The position numbers were made by a program, and so were the translations under genes. A stretch of 63,637 bases of DNA, filler included. It is 6 parts of 6 records of this genome, joined end to end, with 100 filler letters (N's around TTAATTAATTAA, not from the genome) between each part and the next. Parts side by side here need not be neighbours in the genome. Positions count along the whole stretch, not along the records: positions 19,841 to 30,208 come from SRR31156797_22446; 5 more parts are not named here. One strand, 5' to 3'. The notes below the pieces were generated by a model, which worked only from the letters and a program-made list of their open reading frames with translations, searched no databases and had not been told where the DNA came from. Below, piece by piece: positions 19,841 through 30,193 of the stretch (position 1 is its first letter; every line of letters begins with the position of its first letter).

Positions 19841-21754
19841 ACCTATTCCTGTTCCTTGAGACTGATGTTTTGTGGTAAAATATGGCTCAAATATTTTATG
19901 AATAATCTCCTCAGAAATTCCACCTCCACTATCTTTAATAATAAGAATAGCCGTATTATTTTGTTTATAAATATCTATAAATATAAATCTCTGTTCCTGC
20001 ACAGTATGTTCTAAAGCATCCCTAGCATTATTTAATATATTCATAATAACTTGAATCATTTCACTTTCATACCCTAAAAGCTCTATCTCTTCTATATTTT
20101 GAATAACATGAATATCTCTATTTTTAAACTTTGAATCCAATATCTTTAAAGAGTGCTCAAACACTTGAGATATACTAAATACTTTTTTCTCTTTATCTGG
20201 TCTAAAAAAGTCTCTAAAATCATCAATAGTTTTGGAGAGGTGTTGAGCTGATTCATTGATCAATTTAAATCGATCTAGATCAGTTTGAGAGTTTTCAATC
20301 CCAAGTTCATGTTCCATAATAGGTGCAGTTGCTGCGGTTGATATCACACTTAAAGGCTGCCTCCATTGATGGGCGATATTTTCAAGCATCTCTCCCATAG
20401 ATGCCATTTTAGATTGGTGAAATATAAGCTCTTCTTGCTCTTTTAACTGTTGTTCTTGTTCTTTTTGTTTGGTAATGTTGGTAAATACTCCAATATAGTT
20501 TTTAGTTTTTTTATCATTATCAAAAACCTTATTGATAGTTAAAAGTTCTGTATATAACTCTCCATTTTTCTTTTTATTAATGATCTCACCATGCCAATAG
20601 TTATTCTTTTCTATTGCTTCCCACATTTGTTCATAAAAAATATCTTCATGCATTCCTGATTTTAAAAATCTTGGATTAAGTCCATACACTTCATCTAAAG
20701 AATAATATGTATTAAGGGAAAAAGCCTTATTTATATCTATAATATGACACTCTTCATCTGTGATCAAAATCCCATCATTTGTATTTTCATAGACAACATA
20801 CGCATTTCGTATCTTTTCTTGATTTTGTATTTGTTGTTTTTGATAGGCAATCTCTTTATTTTTTGCATTCATTGCTTTTACTAAAAGTTTTATAATAATA
20901 TATGCTATTAAAAATACAATAATCCCTATCATAAATAATGCTAAAAGTGTTTTAAAATCCCACTCTTTAAGATTTTTTTCATAATCTAACTTTACAGCAA
21001 TGATTAAAGGAAAAATATCAGAAAGATAGTATGCTGAGATTGTTTTTTTCTCTGCTATCTCCTCTATTCCATAGGAAAAACTCTTTGCTTTTGCCTCTTC
21101 ATATAAAGTACCAAAATAGATATCTTTCTTCTGATTTAGTTGACTTGAATACAATAAAGTATTATCCATTCTAATAATCTCTAACTGTTCACCTCTTATA
21201 TTAAGATACTCAGAATATCTATTAGTAAAGTAATCATTATTTATTGTAAATAGTATAAAGTAATCTTTTGAAGCATATGTAACTTTTTTTACTACTGGAA
21301 TAAAAGATAAAGTAGTATCTTTAGAAAAAAAGTCTCTACCTTTTTGAATATTTCCAAATCGTAAGATACGATCATCAAACATCGGCTTTGGATAATACTC
21401 TTGTATATCTATCTTTTGCCCAATATTAGACTCTACTGTACTATATATTATTTCATAATTTTTATCTAAAATATAAATAGAACGTATATGAGCATTATTG
21501 ACAAGAATAGTTTTTGAGCTTTTTACTAATAGCCTTTCATCACTAATTTGGTTCGTTAAACTATTACTAATAATAGAAATATTTGAAAAAAGCTGTGTGA
21601 TTTCTTCATTGAAAGTATTCGCATGTAAACTAGCAATCTGCATTAAACTATTTTCTGCTTCTTCTTTTAAATTATCCATGGAGAGTTTTACACTCCCTAA
21701 AATAATACATATAATGACTAGTGCGCCTAGTCCTATTTTATCTATTGCTCTCAA
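19841..21754 (-). CDS. PAS-domain sensor histidine kinase (3' end truncated at contig edge)
   Basis: Two TMs around a Cache-like domain; PAS; ENIAHQWRQPL H-box typical of Campylobacterota; NILNNA, DSGGGI, GTGIG. Confidence 0.92.
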
Positions 21755-21755
21755 T

Positions 21756-22541
21756 CTATTTTAATTTGGCAATGGGCTCTAAGCCATTTCTCCTTGCAAA
21801 TTTTAAAAGCCTTCCATCTTTTTTAATATCAATGATAAATTGTTCTACTCTCTTATAAAATTTATCATTTCCATACGCCATTGCCCAAGCATATGGTGTC
21901 ATGTGGTAAGTACTTTGAGGAACTATAAGTTTTGCCCAATTGGTAGTTGCTAACATCCTTTTTCCAAAAGGATAATCTGTCATAAATACATCTGCACGAC
22001 CTGCTCGAACCTCTGTTTCTCTTGCTTTATAATCATTTACCACTAAAAGTTCTGCATTTTTCAGCTTCTTTTTCATAACAGGTTCATGATACGTACCCTT
22101 TGCTACTGCAACTATCACACCTTTTTTATCGATATCATTCCACTGTTTTATCTTTGTATTTGTTTTTGTTGTGATCGCGTATATATCACTTGAAAGATGA
22201 GGAGTAGTAAATCTCATTTTTTCTCTTCTTTGAGGTGTATTTCCTATTGCAAACATAGCAATATCACACTTATCATTTGTCACATCACTAATAAGTGTTG
22301 CAAATGAACTTGGAACAAATTCTAATTCAACTTGTAGATCTTTTGCCAACTGAACAGCTAGATCACTATCTATACCTACAAGCTTTTGAGTTCTTTGATC
22401 AAGAAAAGAGATTCCATAATATGCTGGCCAGATACAAACTTTTAACTTATTATTTTGTAAAACAGTATCTAGTTTATCTTCTGCGTAAAGATTTATTCCT
22501 AAAACTAGACATAAAATTAATACTTTTAATTTACTCAACAT
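21756..22541 (-). CDS. Family-3 periplasmic substrate-binding protein
   Basis: Signal peptide; GIDSDLA, TPQRREKMRFTTPH, KGT, GRADVFMTD; 1 nt from the kinase start. Confidence 0.88.
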   Translation of the reverse strand: MLSKLKVLILCLVLGINLYAEDKLDTVLQNNKLKVCIWPAYYGISFLDQRTQKLVGIDSDLAVQLAKDLQVELEFVPSSFATLISDVTNDKCDIAMFAIGNTPQRREKMRFTTPHLSSDIYAITTKTNTKIKQWNDIDKKGVIVAVAKGTYHEPVMKKKLKNAELLVVNDYKARETEVRAGRADVFMTDYPFGKRMLATTNWAKLIVPQSTYHMTPYAWAMAYGNDKFYKRVEQFIIDIKKDGRLLKFARRNGLEPIAKLK

Positions 22542-22760
22542 TTCTCTTCCCTTAAAATTTAATTTCGTATTATAATGTGTTATAAATTAAAACTATATTG
22601 ATAATATTATTTCCGTCTTTTTAAAGTCCTTGGAGTAGTATATTCCATAAATATTTAATTAACTTAAAAAATTCCTTTATTTAAAGTATTAATAAACAAA
22701 ACAATAAAAATTTATACACTTTTTTATACACTATAAACAATCAAAAGATGGTATAAAATG

Positions 22761-23162
22761 CTACTTGTGTTCATTTTCAAACCACTTTTCAACCTCTTCA
22801 ACAACATAAACTATTTTACCATTTTCAACACTTTGATGGTATGGTAAAGGGTTGTATAATCTACCTCTTCTATTATATTGTATTTTACTACTCATATTAT
22901 ATATTTCTGCAAATTCTTTTGTTGTTATATATTTTTTCTTTTGAGCAAACTCAATATCAATTTTCTCTTCTAATTTTTTAAATTTCTTCTGCTCTTCTTT
23001 AGTAGTTGCTAGCTTGTCATATACTTCAATTAAATCTGAATAGTTTTTAAGAAGCCTTTGGTATGTGTCTTCAACTTCTAATATATCTTCATATTCTTGG
23101 TTAGTTATAAGGTCCCAAAGTAGTGCAATATTATTGCTTATTATTTCTAATTCTTTTTTCAT
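22761..23162 (-). CDS. Excisionase-like (HTH_17/MerR-type) DNA-binding protein with N-terminal helical region
   Basis: C-terminal YITTKEFAEIYNMS...LPYHQ...GKIVYVVEEVEKWF. Confidence 0.65.
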   Translation of the reverse strand: MKKELEIISNNIALLWDLITNQEYEDILEVEDTYQRLLKNYSDLIEVYDKLATTKEEQKKFKKLEEKIDIEFAQKKKYITTKEFAEIYNMSSKIQYNRRGRLYNPLPYHQSVENGKIVYVVEEVEKWFENEHK

Positions 23163-23252
23163 AAATGTATCCTAGTTTTTAGACATTCTAAATATTCTAG
23201 CCTACATTTATAGAATAATAAATTAAAATTATATTATTTATACTCTATTATT

Positions 23253-23744
23253 TTAGATATCTTTTGTATATTCTTTTATATCTTTTAACTTATATAATAA
23301 ACTATCTAGCAATGGTTCAGGTGCATATGCTAATAAATTAACAATTTGATCAACCTTATTGTTATTATTGCTTGTTTGTTTATCCAAATTATCATAAGAT
23401 TGTAATAACTCTTGGAGCTCTATTTTAGACAATAATTTATTTTTTATAAATTCAATCTCTTCATCAGTTGCTATATTTATCATCTTATTAAAAAAAACTT
23501 TTCTATCATTATTTGTAATAAGAAATAGTTCTTGCTCTGGAATGTTAAGAGCTTCTGCAATATATGAAATAAGTTCAATTTTTATATCAATAGTTCCATT
23601 TAAATATTTATATATAGTAGTTTCAAGAGGTATTTCCCCCGTACTTTTAAGTTTAGGTTCCAAAGATAAAAGTTTTGCAATAAATTCTCTTTTAGTAAGT
23701 CCTGCTTCTTTTATTTTTAAATTAATTACTTCATACATTTCCAT
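23253..23744 (-). CDS. XRE-family HTH transcriptional regulator
   Basis: IKEAGLTKREF...TIYKYLNG...ISYIAEALNIPEQELF. Confidence 0.8.
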   Translation of the reverse strand: MEMYEVINLKIKEAGLTKREFIAKLLSLEPKLKSTGEIPLETTIYKYLNGTIDIKIELISYIAEALNIPEQELFLITNNDRKVFFNKMINIATDEEIEFIKNKLLSKIELQELLQSYDNLDKQTSNNNNKVDQIVNLLAYAPEPLLDSLLYKLKDIKEYTKDI

Positions 23745-23887
23745 TAAATTATCCTATATGTAGAATTTTAATAAAAATAGTAATCCATTTAAGATAATAG
23801 AGATAATCCATAATGTATAATCAATTTTATATTTTTTAGATAATAGTAATTACTGAAAAACTAACAACTCAAACAGAAGGATAATGA

Positions 23888-24991
23888 ATGACACAAAAAG
23901 ATAAAGATTTTCAAAATGGTTATAATAACCATTCTTTTGGTAATCAAAATTCAGCAGATTATAGGCAAGGGCAACAGCTAAGAAATACACATAATTACAT
24001 TGGTAAAGAAATTATCATACCTATGATAATCTTTTTAATTGTTGGAGCCATGTTTGCAGCTTTTATGCAATATGTAGCAACAGCAATTGTTGCAATCTTT
24101 CTACCATTGTATATTGGATTTATAATCTATTATAGAAGTTTTTTAAAATTAAATAAAGATAAAAAGCCTTTAATTGAAAATCATATGTCAAATGAAAAAG
24201 CAAAATTAAGAGTATCATTCATATACACTACAATTGGAGCAATAGTTTTAGGACTAGTTTATTATGTGGTCTATGCTTTTTTCAATTCAATAAGTGAAAC
24301 TGAAATTTCTAATACATTGCTACATCCAATACTTGTGTTTATTCCAATATTAATATTATTTACAGGTATCTCAAGAATAAAATATCAAATAGCAATCATT
24401 GATGATTCTGTAAAAGAGCATAACTTTCAAAAGCCAGATACTATTAAAAGTCTTATTTTACCAACCTTTATATCTGCCATTTTTTGTGTAGCTTTGATTG
24501 CCCTAATGCCACAAATCAATGTGTTAAATAAAGTAGATCTATCTGAATATAATCTAACTACTTATGATGGAGATGATGTGACCATAGTTATAGAAAAGGA
24601 TGGATGGAAGTTTAAAGGATTTGAAGATAAAGTAATTTTGCTAAACTTTTTTAGTATAGAAGATCGAATAGCCAAAGCTCAAACTCCTATGTTATTAAAT
24701 GTTAGAAACAGACTAAAAGAAAATTTTGAAATCCTTGCTGTTGATATTGGGAATAAAGGTGGTTCACTTGAAAAATTCATTAATCAATTCAATGTAACTT
24801 ATCCAATACTTACAGGTAAAGAAACAAAAAGACTTTTTAATACAGTAATGAATAAGAACCCTAATGGTTCGATCCCTTTTATGGTTTTATTTGATAAAAA
24901 AGGGCAATTTGTGCAATATTATAGAGGTATGATACCTGAGAATATGTTATTTAATGATATATCTAGGGAAATCAATTTTCAAAATAAATAG
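23888..24991 (+). CDS. Multi-TM protein fused to a TlpA/ResA-like thioredoxin domain lacking CXXC
   Basis: About 5 TMs, then KVILLNFFSIEDRIAK...VTYPIL...SIPFMVLFDKKGQFVQYYRGMIPE. Confidence 0.75.
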   Translation: MTQKDKDFQNGYNNHSFGNQNSADYRQGQQLRNTHNYIGKEIIIPMIIFLIVGAMFAAFMQYVATAIVAIFLPLYIGFIIYYRSFLKLNKDKKPLIENHMSNEKAKLRVSFIYTTIGAIVLGLVYYVVYAFFNSISETEISNTLLHPILVFIPILILFTGISRIKYQIAIIDDSVKEHNFQKPDTIKSLILPTFISAIFCVALIALMPQINVLNKVDLSEYNLTTYDGDDVTIVIEKDGWKFKGFEDKVILLNFFSIEDRIAKAQTPMLLNVRNRLKENFEILAVDIGNKGGSLEKFINQFNVTYPILTGKETKRLFNTVMNKNPNGSIPFMVLFDKKGQFVQYYRGMIPENMLFNDISREINFQNK

Positions 24992-25153
24992 ATCATTTAA
25001 AAAAAAATATATAATGCTGTTTTTAATTTGTAGTGATTATTAACAAAAAATGGACTATGCCTGTAAGGAACTGGTCTCTTACTATTTCTCAATTAGCTAT
25101 ATTTTTTGAGGGCAGGTTAAACAATCAATTAGACATTTAAAAATTGTCTATAT

Positions 25154-25182
25154 TATAGCCATCACATAATTTGATGGCTATA
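25154..25182. terminator. Hairpin terminator between convergent genes
   Basis: tatagccatca-cataatt-tgatggctata, perfect 11-bp stem. Confidence 0.7.
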
Positions 25183-25187
25183 TTTCA

Positions 25188-25388
25188 TTACATTGTTAAG
25201 TTTTTCTTTCTTTCCTGATACTCTTCTAAGTCTATCTCCCCTTTTGCATACCTTTCATCTAAAATATCTTTTGCTGATTTTTTATCACTTTTATTACTTA
25301 AAAGATATATAACTAAAGCTATAATTAGAATAAAAAATATCCAACCAAACCCCATCATTCCAAATCCTTCATGATAACCATTAAACAT
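25188..25388 (-). CDS. SHOCT-domain small membrane protein
   Basis: G/M-rich N-terminus, one TM, ILDERYAKGEIDLEEYQERK; ATG 25388 after AAGGAG. Confidence 0.85.
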   Translation of the reverse strand: MFNGYHEGFGMMGFGWIFFILIIALVIYLLSNKSDKKSAKDILDERYAKGEIDLEEYQERKKNLTM

Positions 25389-25399
25389 ATTCACTCCTT

Positions 25400-26437
25400 T
25401 TATTTATTATTAAAAGACAAAGTCTTTGACCACTGTTTTACAATAAAATAAATCATAACAATTAAAAATATGATAGCCCCACCAATATCAATAATAGATT
25501 CAGTTTCATGTTCAGTATTTTGTGAAAAAGAACTAAACCATTCCATTGGAAAAACAAAATCAATCATCAATGCAAATGATACAGTAACAGTAATAATTGA
25601 TATTAGATATACTATTAAAACATCATTACCAAGTATCTTTTTTATAATTCCAGCAGTGATAATATTTGTTGCAGGAGCTGCTGCTAAAAATATAAATGCT
25701 ACACCTGGACTAATTCCAATTGATAACATTGAAAGTGCTATTGGAATAGCAGAAATTGAACAAACATATAAAGGTAAAGCAACTAAGAAAACTAAAATGT
25801 AAGTAATAAACAGATTATCATTTAAAAATTCAACTCCATTATTAGGAATTACCATCATAAATAAAGTTGCTAATATCAAACCATAAAACATAGGTTTTGC
25901 TAAATCACTAAAAACTTCAAACATTGCATAATCATATGCTTTTTTGAGCTTGTTTTCTTTTTGTGGTTTTGATGATGAACAACAACTTGAACTACAACAA
26001 GGTTTTTGCTCCTCTTTTACTATATCATCAAATGACTCTTTTACAAAACTACCTGCAATAACACCACTTATAAAACTTGATACTACTCTAATAATAGCCA
26101 TAGGTAATCCAAATACACCATAAGTTGCTATAATTGAATCAACTCCTGTCATTGGAGTAGTGATAAAAAAACTCGTAACTGCTTTTCTTGAAGCTCCTTT
26201 TTGTCTTAAACTTGTAGCAAGTGGAATAACACCACAAGAACATAAAGGAAGAGGAATACCATATAAAGCACCCTTTAATGCACTATATTTATTATCTTCT
26301 CCTAAATGTTTTTTTATCCAATCTTCTGAAATATATAAATGAATAATTCCTACAAAGATAAGTCCTATTAAAACATATAGTCCTATCATTATTGATAGTT
26401 CCCAAAAGTTTTGTAAAAAATCTATTATGAAATCCAT
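25400..26437 (-). CDS. ArsP/DUF318-family permease (metal or metalloid efflux)
   Basis: GIPLPLCSCGVIP, LPLYVCSISAIP, central CCSSSCCSSS loop, multiple TMs. Confidence 0.88.
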   Translation of the reverse strand: MDFIIDFLQNFWELSIMIGLYVLIGLIFVGIIHLYISEDWIKKHLGEDNKYSALKGALYGIPLPLCSCGVIPLATSLRQKGASRKAVTSFFITTPMTGVDSIIATYGVFGLPMAIIRVVSSFISGVIAGSFVKESFDDIVKEEQKPCCSSSCCSSSKPQKENKLKKAYDYAMFEVFSDLAKPMFYGLILATLFMMVIPNNGVEFLNDNLFITYILVFLVALPLYVCSISAIPIALSMLSIGISPGVAFIFLAAAPATNIITAGIIKKILGNDVLIVYLISIITVTVSFALMIDFVFPMEWFSSFSQNTEHETESIIDIGGAIIFLIVMIYFIVKQWSKTLSFNNK

Positions 26438-26439
26438 AA

Positions 26440-26799
26440 TCAGTCCTTAAATAAAAATATTTTTTCAATTAAACCTAAAAGGTCAGGATTGTTTGCTTCA
26501 TCTATAAAATAATATATTGTAAGCCCCTCTCTTGTCTTACCAAGGATTCCACCATCTTTTAATTTACGAAGATGTTGGGATATTGCTGATTGATTTACTT
26601 GCAAAATTTCACTAAGGTCACAAACACAAAGTTTATTAAAGTTTTTAAGGAGTAAAACAATTTTTAGTCTAACACTGTTTGATAATAATGCAAGTTTTTC
26701 AGCTTCCTTATCAATTGAAATAGAATTATTTTTTATAAATTGTTTTGCTTGTTCAACTTCTATATTATTATCATTTTCTCTAATACATTGCTCTGCCAT
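26440..26799 (-). CDS. ArsR/SmtB metalloregulator
   Basis: RLKIVLLL, LCVCDL box, QSAISQHLRKLKDGG, REGLTIYY. Confidence 0.92.
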   Translation of the reverse strand: MAEQCIRENDNNIEVEQAKQFIKNNSISIDKEAEKLALLSNSVRLKIVLLLKNFNKLCVCDLSEILQVNQSAISQHLRKLKDGGILGKTREGLTIYYFIDEANNPDLLGLIEKIFLFKD

Positions 26800-26818
26800 T
26801 TTTACTCCACTATATAAA

Positions 26819-26858
26819 TATATTAGAATATTCTAATATAATAAAATAAATTTGTCAA
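26819..26858 (-). promoter_or_regulatory. Sigma-70 promoter TTGACA-N17-TAGAAT overlapped by a perfect 22-bp palindrome (likely ArsR operator)
   Basis: -35 at 26858-26853; -10 at 26835-26830; TATATTAGAAT/ATTCTAATATA at 26819-26840. Confidence 0.8.
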
Positions 26859-26975
26859 GTAGTTGTATATTGGAATAATGATTACATTATATTTTATGGC
26901 TATTTTTATTTGACTATTGTATAATTTTTATCAACTATCTAATTGACACATAATTTATAACGGTTTCGGTCTTAA

Positions 26976-27284
26976 CTATCTATCAGGATCTTTTTTTCTT
27001 AATCTACTAACTTTTTTTTTACATAATTCTTCATATTCTTTTGAAACTTCAATAAATTTTATAATATGTTCCATTAACAATATTAATCCTACAATTTCAC
27101 TTTCATTTTGATAAGAATAAGAAATATTATGTTTATGATTAGTTATATATTTATGATTTAAAAGTATTTTGTAATCATTTAAATAACTATTTAATTCTTG
27201 ATTTTCTTTCCTTTTTTCAATCAATTTTTCAAAACTATCTTTTTTCTTATTTAAACTTTCTAATATACTTATTATATTAATCAT
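26976..27284 (-). CDS. Hypothetical protein downstream of the relaxase
   Basis: 102-aa ORF in very AT-rich DNA, with an AAGGGG RBS-like motif. Confidence 0.6.
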   Translation of the reverse strand: MINIISILESLNKKKDSFEKLIEKRKENQELNSYLNDYKILLNHKYITNHKHNISYSYQNESEIVGLILLMEHIIKFIEVSKEYEELCKKKVSRLRKKDPDR

Positions 27285-27319
27285 TTTTACCCCTTTTTTT
27301 ATTAATTATAGATAATAAT

Positions 27320-28456
27320 TTAAAAATCAATAGTATGATTTTTTTCTTTACTTTTTTTAGTGTTTTTTTGATTTATATCTATATTATGATCTTTTAATAC
27401 TTTTTCATAATTTGTAATTTTTTTAGATTGTGATTTGATTTTATCAATTAGGATTGTAGTTTCACTTTTTACTGTTTCAAATAATTTATTTGTATTTTTT
27501 TTCTCTGCTACAAAATTATTTAATTTATCAGCTAATAAATTATTATCACTTGTTAGATCTTTAATCTCTTTATCTTTATATTTTAGCTGCTCTTTTAAAG
27601 TATCTATATTATCTTCTGTTTTTGCAATAAGATTATAATTACTATAACTTTTTAAAGTGTTATAAATATTATTTAATAAAGATTTTCTTTCTATTTTTTC
27701 ACCAATTATGCTTGTTGTTGTAGAATTATTAACAATATTTAAAGTATCTTTTTTTAGTTTATTATTAAGTGTATTAAATTCTATTTCTTTCTCTTTTTGG
27801 TGCATTTGGGGCACTGTTAAATGCTTTGATTTTGTAGTGTCTTTTGATATTCCCCTTGTAAATCCTATTTGCTGCCATACTTCCCCCATTAGATCCTGAG
27901 CTTTACTATATTGTTTTTTTAGTGTGTTTGTTATACTTTTATTATTATAATAATTTAGATAGCTTACATGTGCATGTGGTGTTTTTTCATCATAGTGAAT
28001 AGAGATATATTGTGCTTTTATATTTAATTCTTTTTCTAATTTTTTAACACTTTCTAAAAATAATTTATTTAATTCTTTTTTGTCTATTTTATTATTAGAA
28101 TACATAGTATTAATACTATTAGATAAAGTTATAACACTATCTTGATAAATAGCATGTTTTTTTTCTCTAAAATTTTTATTATTACTTTTTTCTAAATTTA
28201 TTGTATCTTGCAATTGTTGTTTTAATTTATTATTTACTATTGTTTGAATTTTTTTATCTGTTATATTATATTCCTCTATTTCATTTTTATTATTAAAAAT
28301 AAAAAAGGTATTGCTCTCCTTGTTATGAGCTTCTGTGTCTCTTAAATAATTTGGTTTAATTTTTCTTGTATTGTGTAAAATCATTCCTAAAGATTTTTCA
28401 GATTTATTGCTTTCAAATCTCACCTGAACAAATTTATTATTTGTATTATTTTCCAT
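27320..28456 (-). CDS. MOB_V (Mob/Pre) relaxase
   Basis: Motif I HNTR; motif III IHYDEKTPHAH; QD...GFTRG...HL; C-terminal coiled coil. Confidence 0.88.
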   Translation of the reverse strand: MENNTNNKFVQVRFESNKSEKSLGMILHNTRKIKPNYLRDTEAHNKESNTFFIFNNKNEIEEYNITDKKIQTIVNNKLKQQLQDTINLEKSNNKNFREKKHAIYQDSVITLSNSINTMYSNNKIDKKELNKLFLESVKKLEKELNIKAQYISIHYDEKTPHAHVSYLNYYNNKSITNTLKKQYSKAQDLMGEVWQQIGFTRGISKDTTKSKHLTVPQMHQKEKEIEFNTLNNKLKKDTLNIVNNSTTTSIIGEKIERKSLLNNIYNTLKSYSNYNLIAKTEDNIDTLKEQLKYKDKEIKDLTSDNNLLADKLNNFVAEKKNTNKLFETVKSETTILIDKIKSQSKKITNYEKVLKDHNIDINQKNTKKSKEKNHTIDF

Positions 28457-28490
28457 TTTAGATCCTTTTTTTTCTTATTTGTTTTTCCCT

Positions 28491-28571
28491 CTTTAAGTCC
28501 TTTGGACTTAAAGCTTACCACTGACCCTTGGGGCAGTTTAGTAAGTTGTATGCTTTTATAGCTACAACTTA
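28491..28571. promoter_or_regulatory. Candidate oriT: stacked inverted repeats upstream of the relaxase
   Basis: ctttaagtcc-ttt-ggacttaaag; cttac...gtaag; taagttgta-N12-tacaactta. MOB_V oriTs lie immediately upstream of mob. Confidence 0.6.
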
Positions 28572-29109
28572 ATTATGCATGAAAATATTTTTTTGAGTTT
28601 TATATATTGATTTTGTTATATTTATGTGCTGTTAGTGCAGTTAGTATAAATTATAATTGATCTTAATAATCAAAAGTTAAAAATGATTTACAAACAGCAT
28701 TATATTTTTTTAATGATTTTGTTTTTAGTGTGTTTAAAATAATGATGAAAATAATAATAAATAGAATAATCAATAATTTTTATTTATTTGTTTTTTTTGG
28801 GTTTGATAGAAAAAAAATAAAGTCTGCTTGAGCTCGAAGTTGTTTTAAGTTTGTTATAAATTATTTTAAATAATAAATATTAATAATTAGTATAAAATAG
28901 CCATTTTTAGTATGCTTTTTTGTTATATAGTATATTTTATAGATATTTTTATTTATATAGTGAATTTTGTATGATTTTCTATTAAATTTTAAAAAATGCT
29001 TATAAACCCCATAAACTTGTAAATTATATTTTGGTCTCATTTATTTTTTATTAATTTTAAAAACCCCACAACCCTTAAAATTAAGTGGCTCTAAGGTTGC
29101 TTTATAATT

Positions 29110-29179
29110 ATACTTAATTGGTTGTTACAATTAGTTATATAATACTTAGTAGTTGTTATAGTTAGTTAAGTAATACTTA
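29110..29179. repeat. About 2.3 copies of an imperfect ~31-bp tandem repeat
   Basis: atactta at 29110/29142/29173; gttgtta at 29121/29152; ttagtta at 29131/29162. Confidence 0.65.
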
Positions 29180-29674
29180 TTTAACTTTAGTCTTGTTTAT
29201 TTTTATAAATTTTCTAAGTCTTTTTTCTGAATTGTGATAAGTCATTCAAACAAAGTTTTCATTCCTTATCTGCTACATAAATGTAGCAACATCAGGTGTT
29301 TAAGTCTTTATGTTGCTAATTGTTTCAATTTCTTTTTATTTCTTATTTGTTTTCTTAATTAAAATGTAAAACTCAAAAAGATATTTTTGAATAGAATGAA
29401 AAAATATCATTTAATTATAAAATTTTGTTATTATTATTTATTATATATGTTATTATTTAGAAAACATGATCATATAACAAGTTTAAAAAATAGTAAAAAT
29501 AGAAATATAATTCTAATGATAAATAATGTATAACATTTTATTATACTTTGAAATTATAAAACTCACTTTTATTATTTTTAAAAAATAAAACTTAAAATAT
29601 TTTCCACTAAAAAAAATTTAAAATATTTTTATAGTGATATGTTTTATAATTTCTTACTTTCTTTCAATTAATAA

Positions 29675-30193
29675 TTAGCTTCTAACTTTTTTCCAATACT
29701 TTTTATATGCTTTTACCTTTTCTTCATAAGAATAGTCTAAATAATGTTCTATTACCCCACTTTGTTTATGATCCAGGCAACTGTCAGCTAATCTGCTATC
29801 AATTCCATTTTCTATCATAATATTTAACATTAAGCTTCTTGTATCATGTATTGTTAATTTTTTTTCTTTTAATAATTGGATATTAGCATTTTTAACTATT
29901 CTTTGAAAAATCATATATAAACTTCCATAAGTAAGATTTGGAAATAATAACCCTGTTTCTATACTAGCAATATACTTTTTACATTCACTAGGAATTGGAA
30001 AATGATAGTCTTCTTTTGTTTTTGTAATAGATGCTGGACTAACTATTAAATTTTTATCTAAATATACATCTTCTTTTGTAAGTTGTATTAATTCCCCATA
30101 TCTGTGTGCTGTTAGTAAAACTAAAAGAAAAAATATTTTTATTTCTTCCCTTTGCCTTATAAATTGCCCTTCATAGTCTTTGATTAGTCTAAT
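29675..30193 (-). pseudogene. Tyrosine recombinase/integrase catalytic domain; 5' part lost or interrupted
   Basis: Frame is open from 30193: LLTAHRYGEL (R), TKTK (K), IHDTRS (HxxR), LDH, EHY (Y). In-frame TAA TAG at 30199-30194. Confidence 0.8.

Noticed and set aside
29178-29262. Tiny minus-strand ORFs (MKTLFE*, MTYHNSEKRLRKFIKINKTKVK*) near a hairpin as a type I toxin-antitoxin locus
   Set aside because: The peptides are not hydrophobic, are very short and are expected by chance; no supporting evidence.
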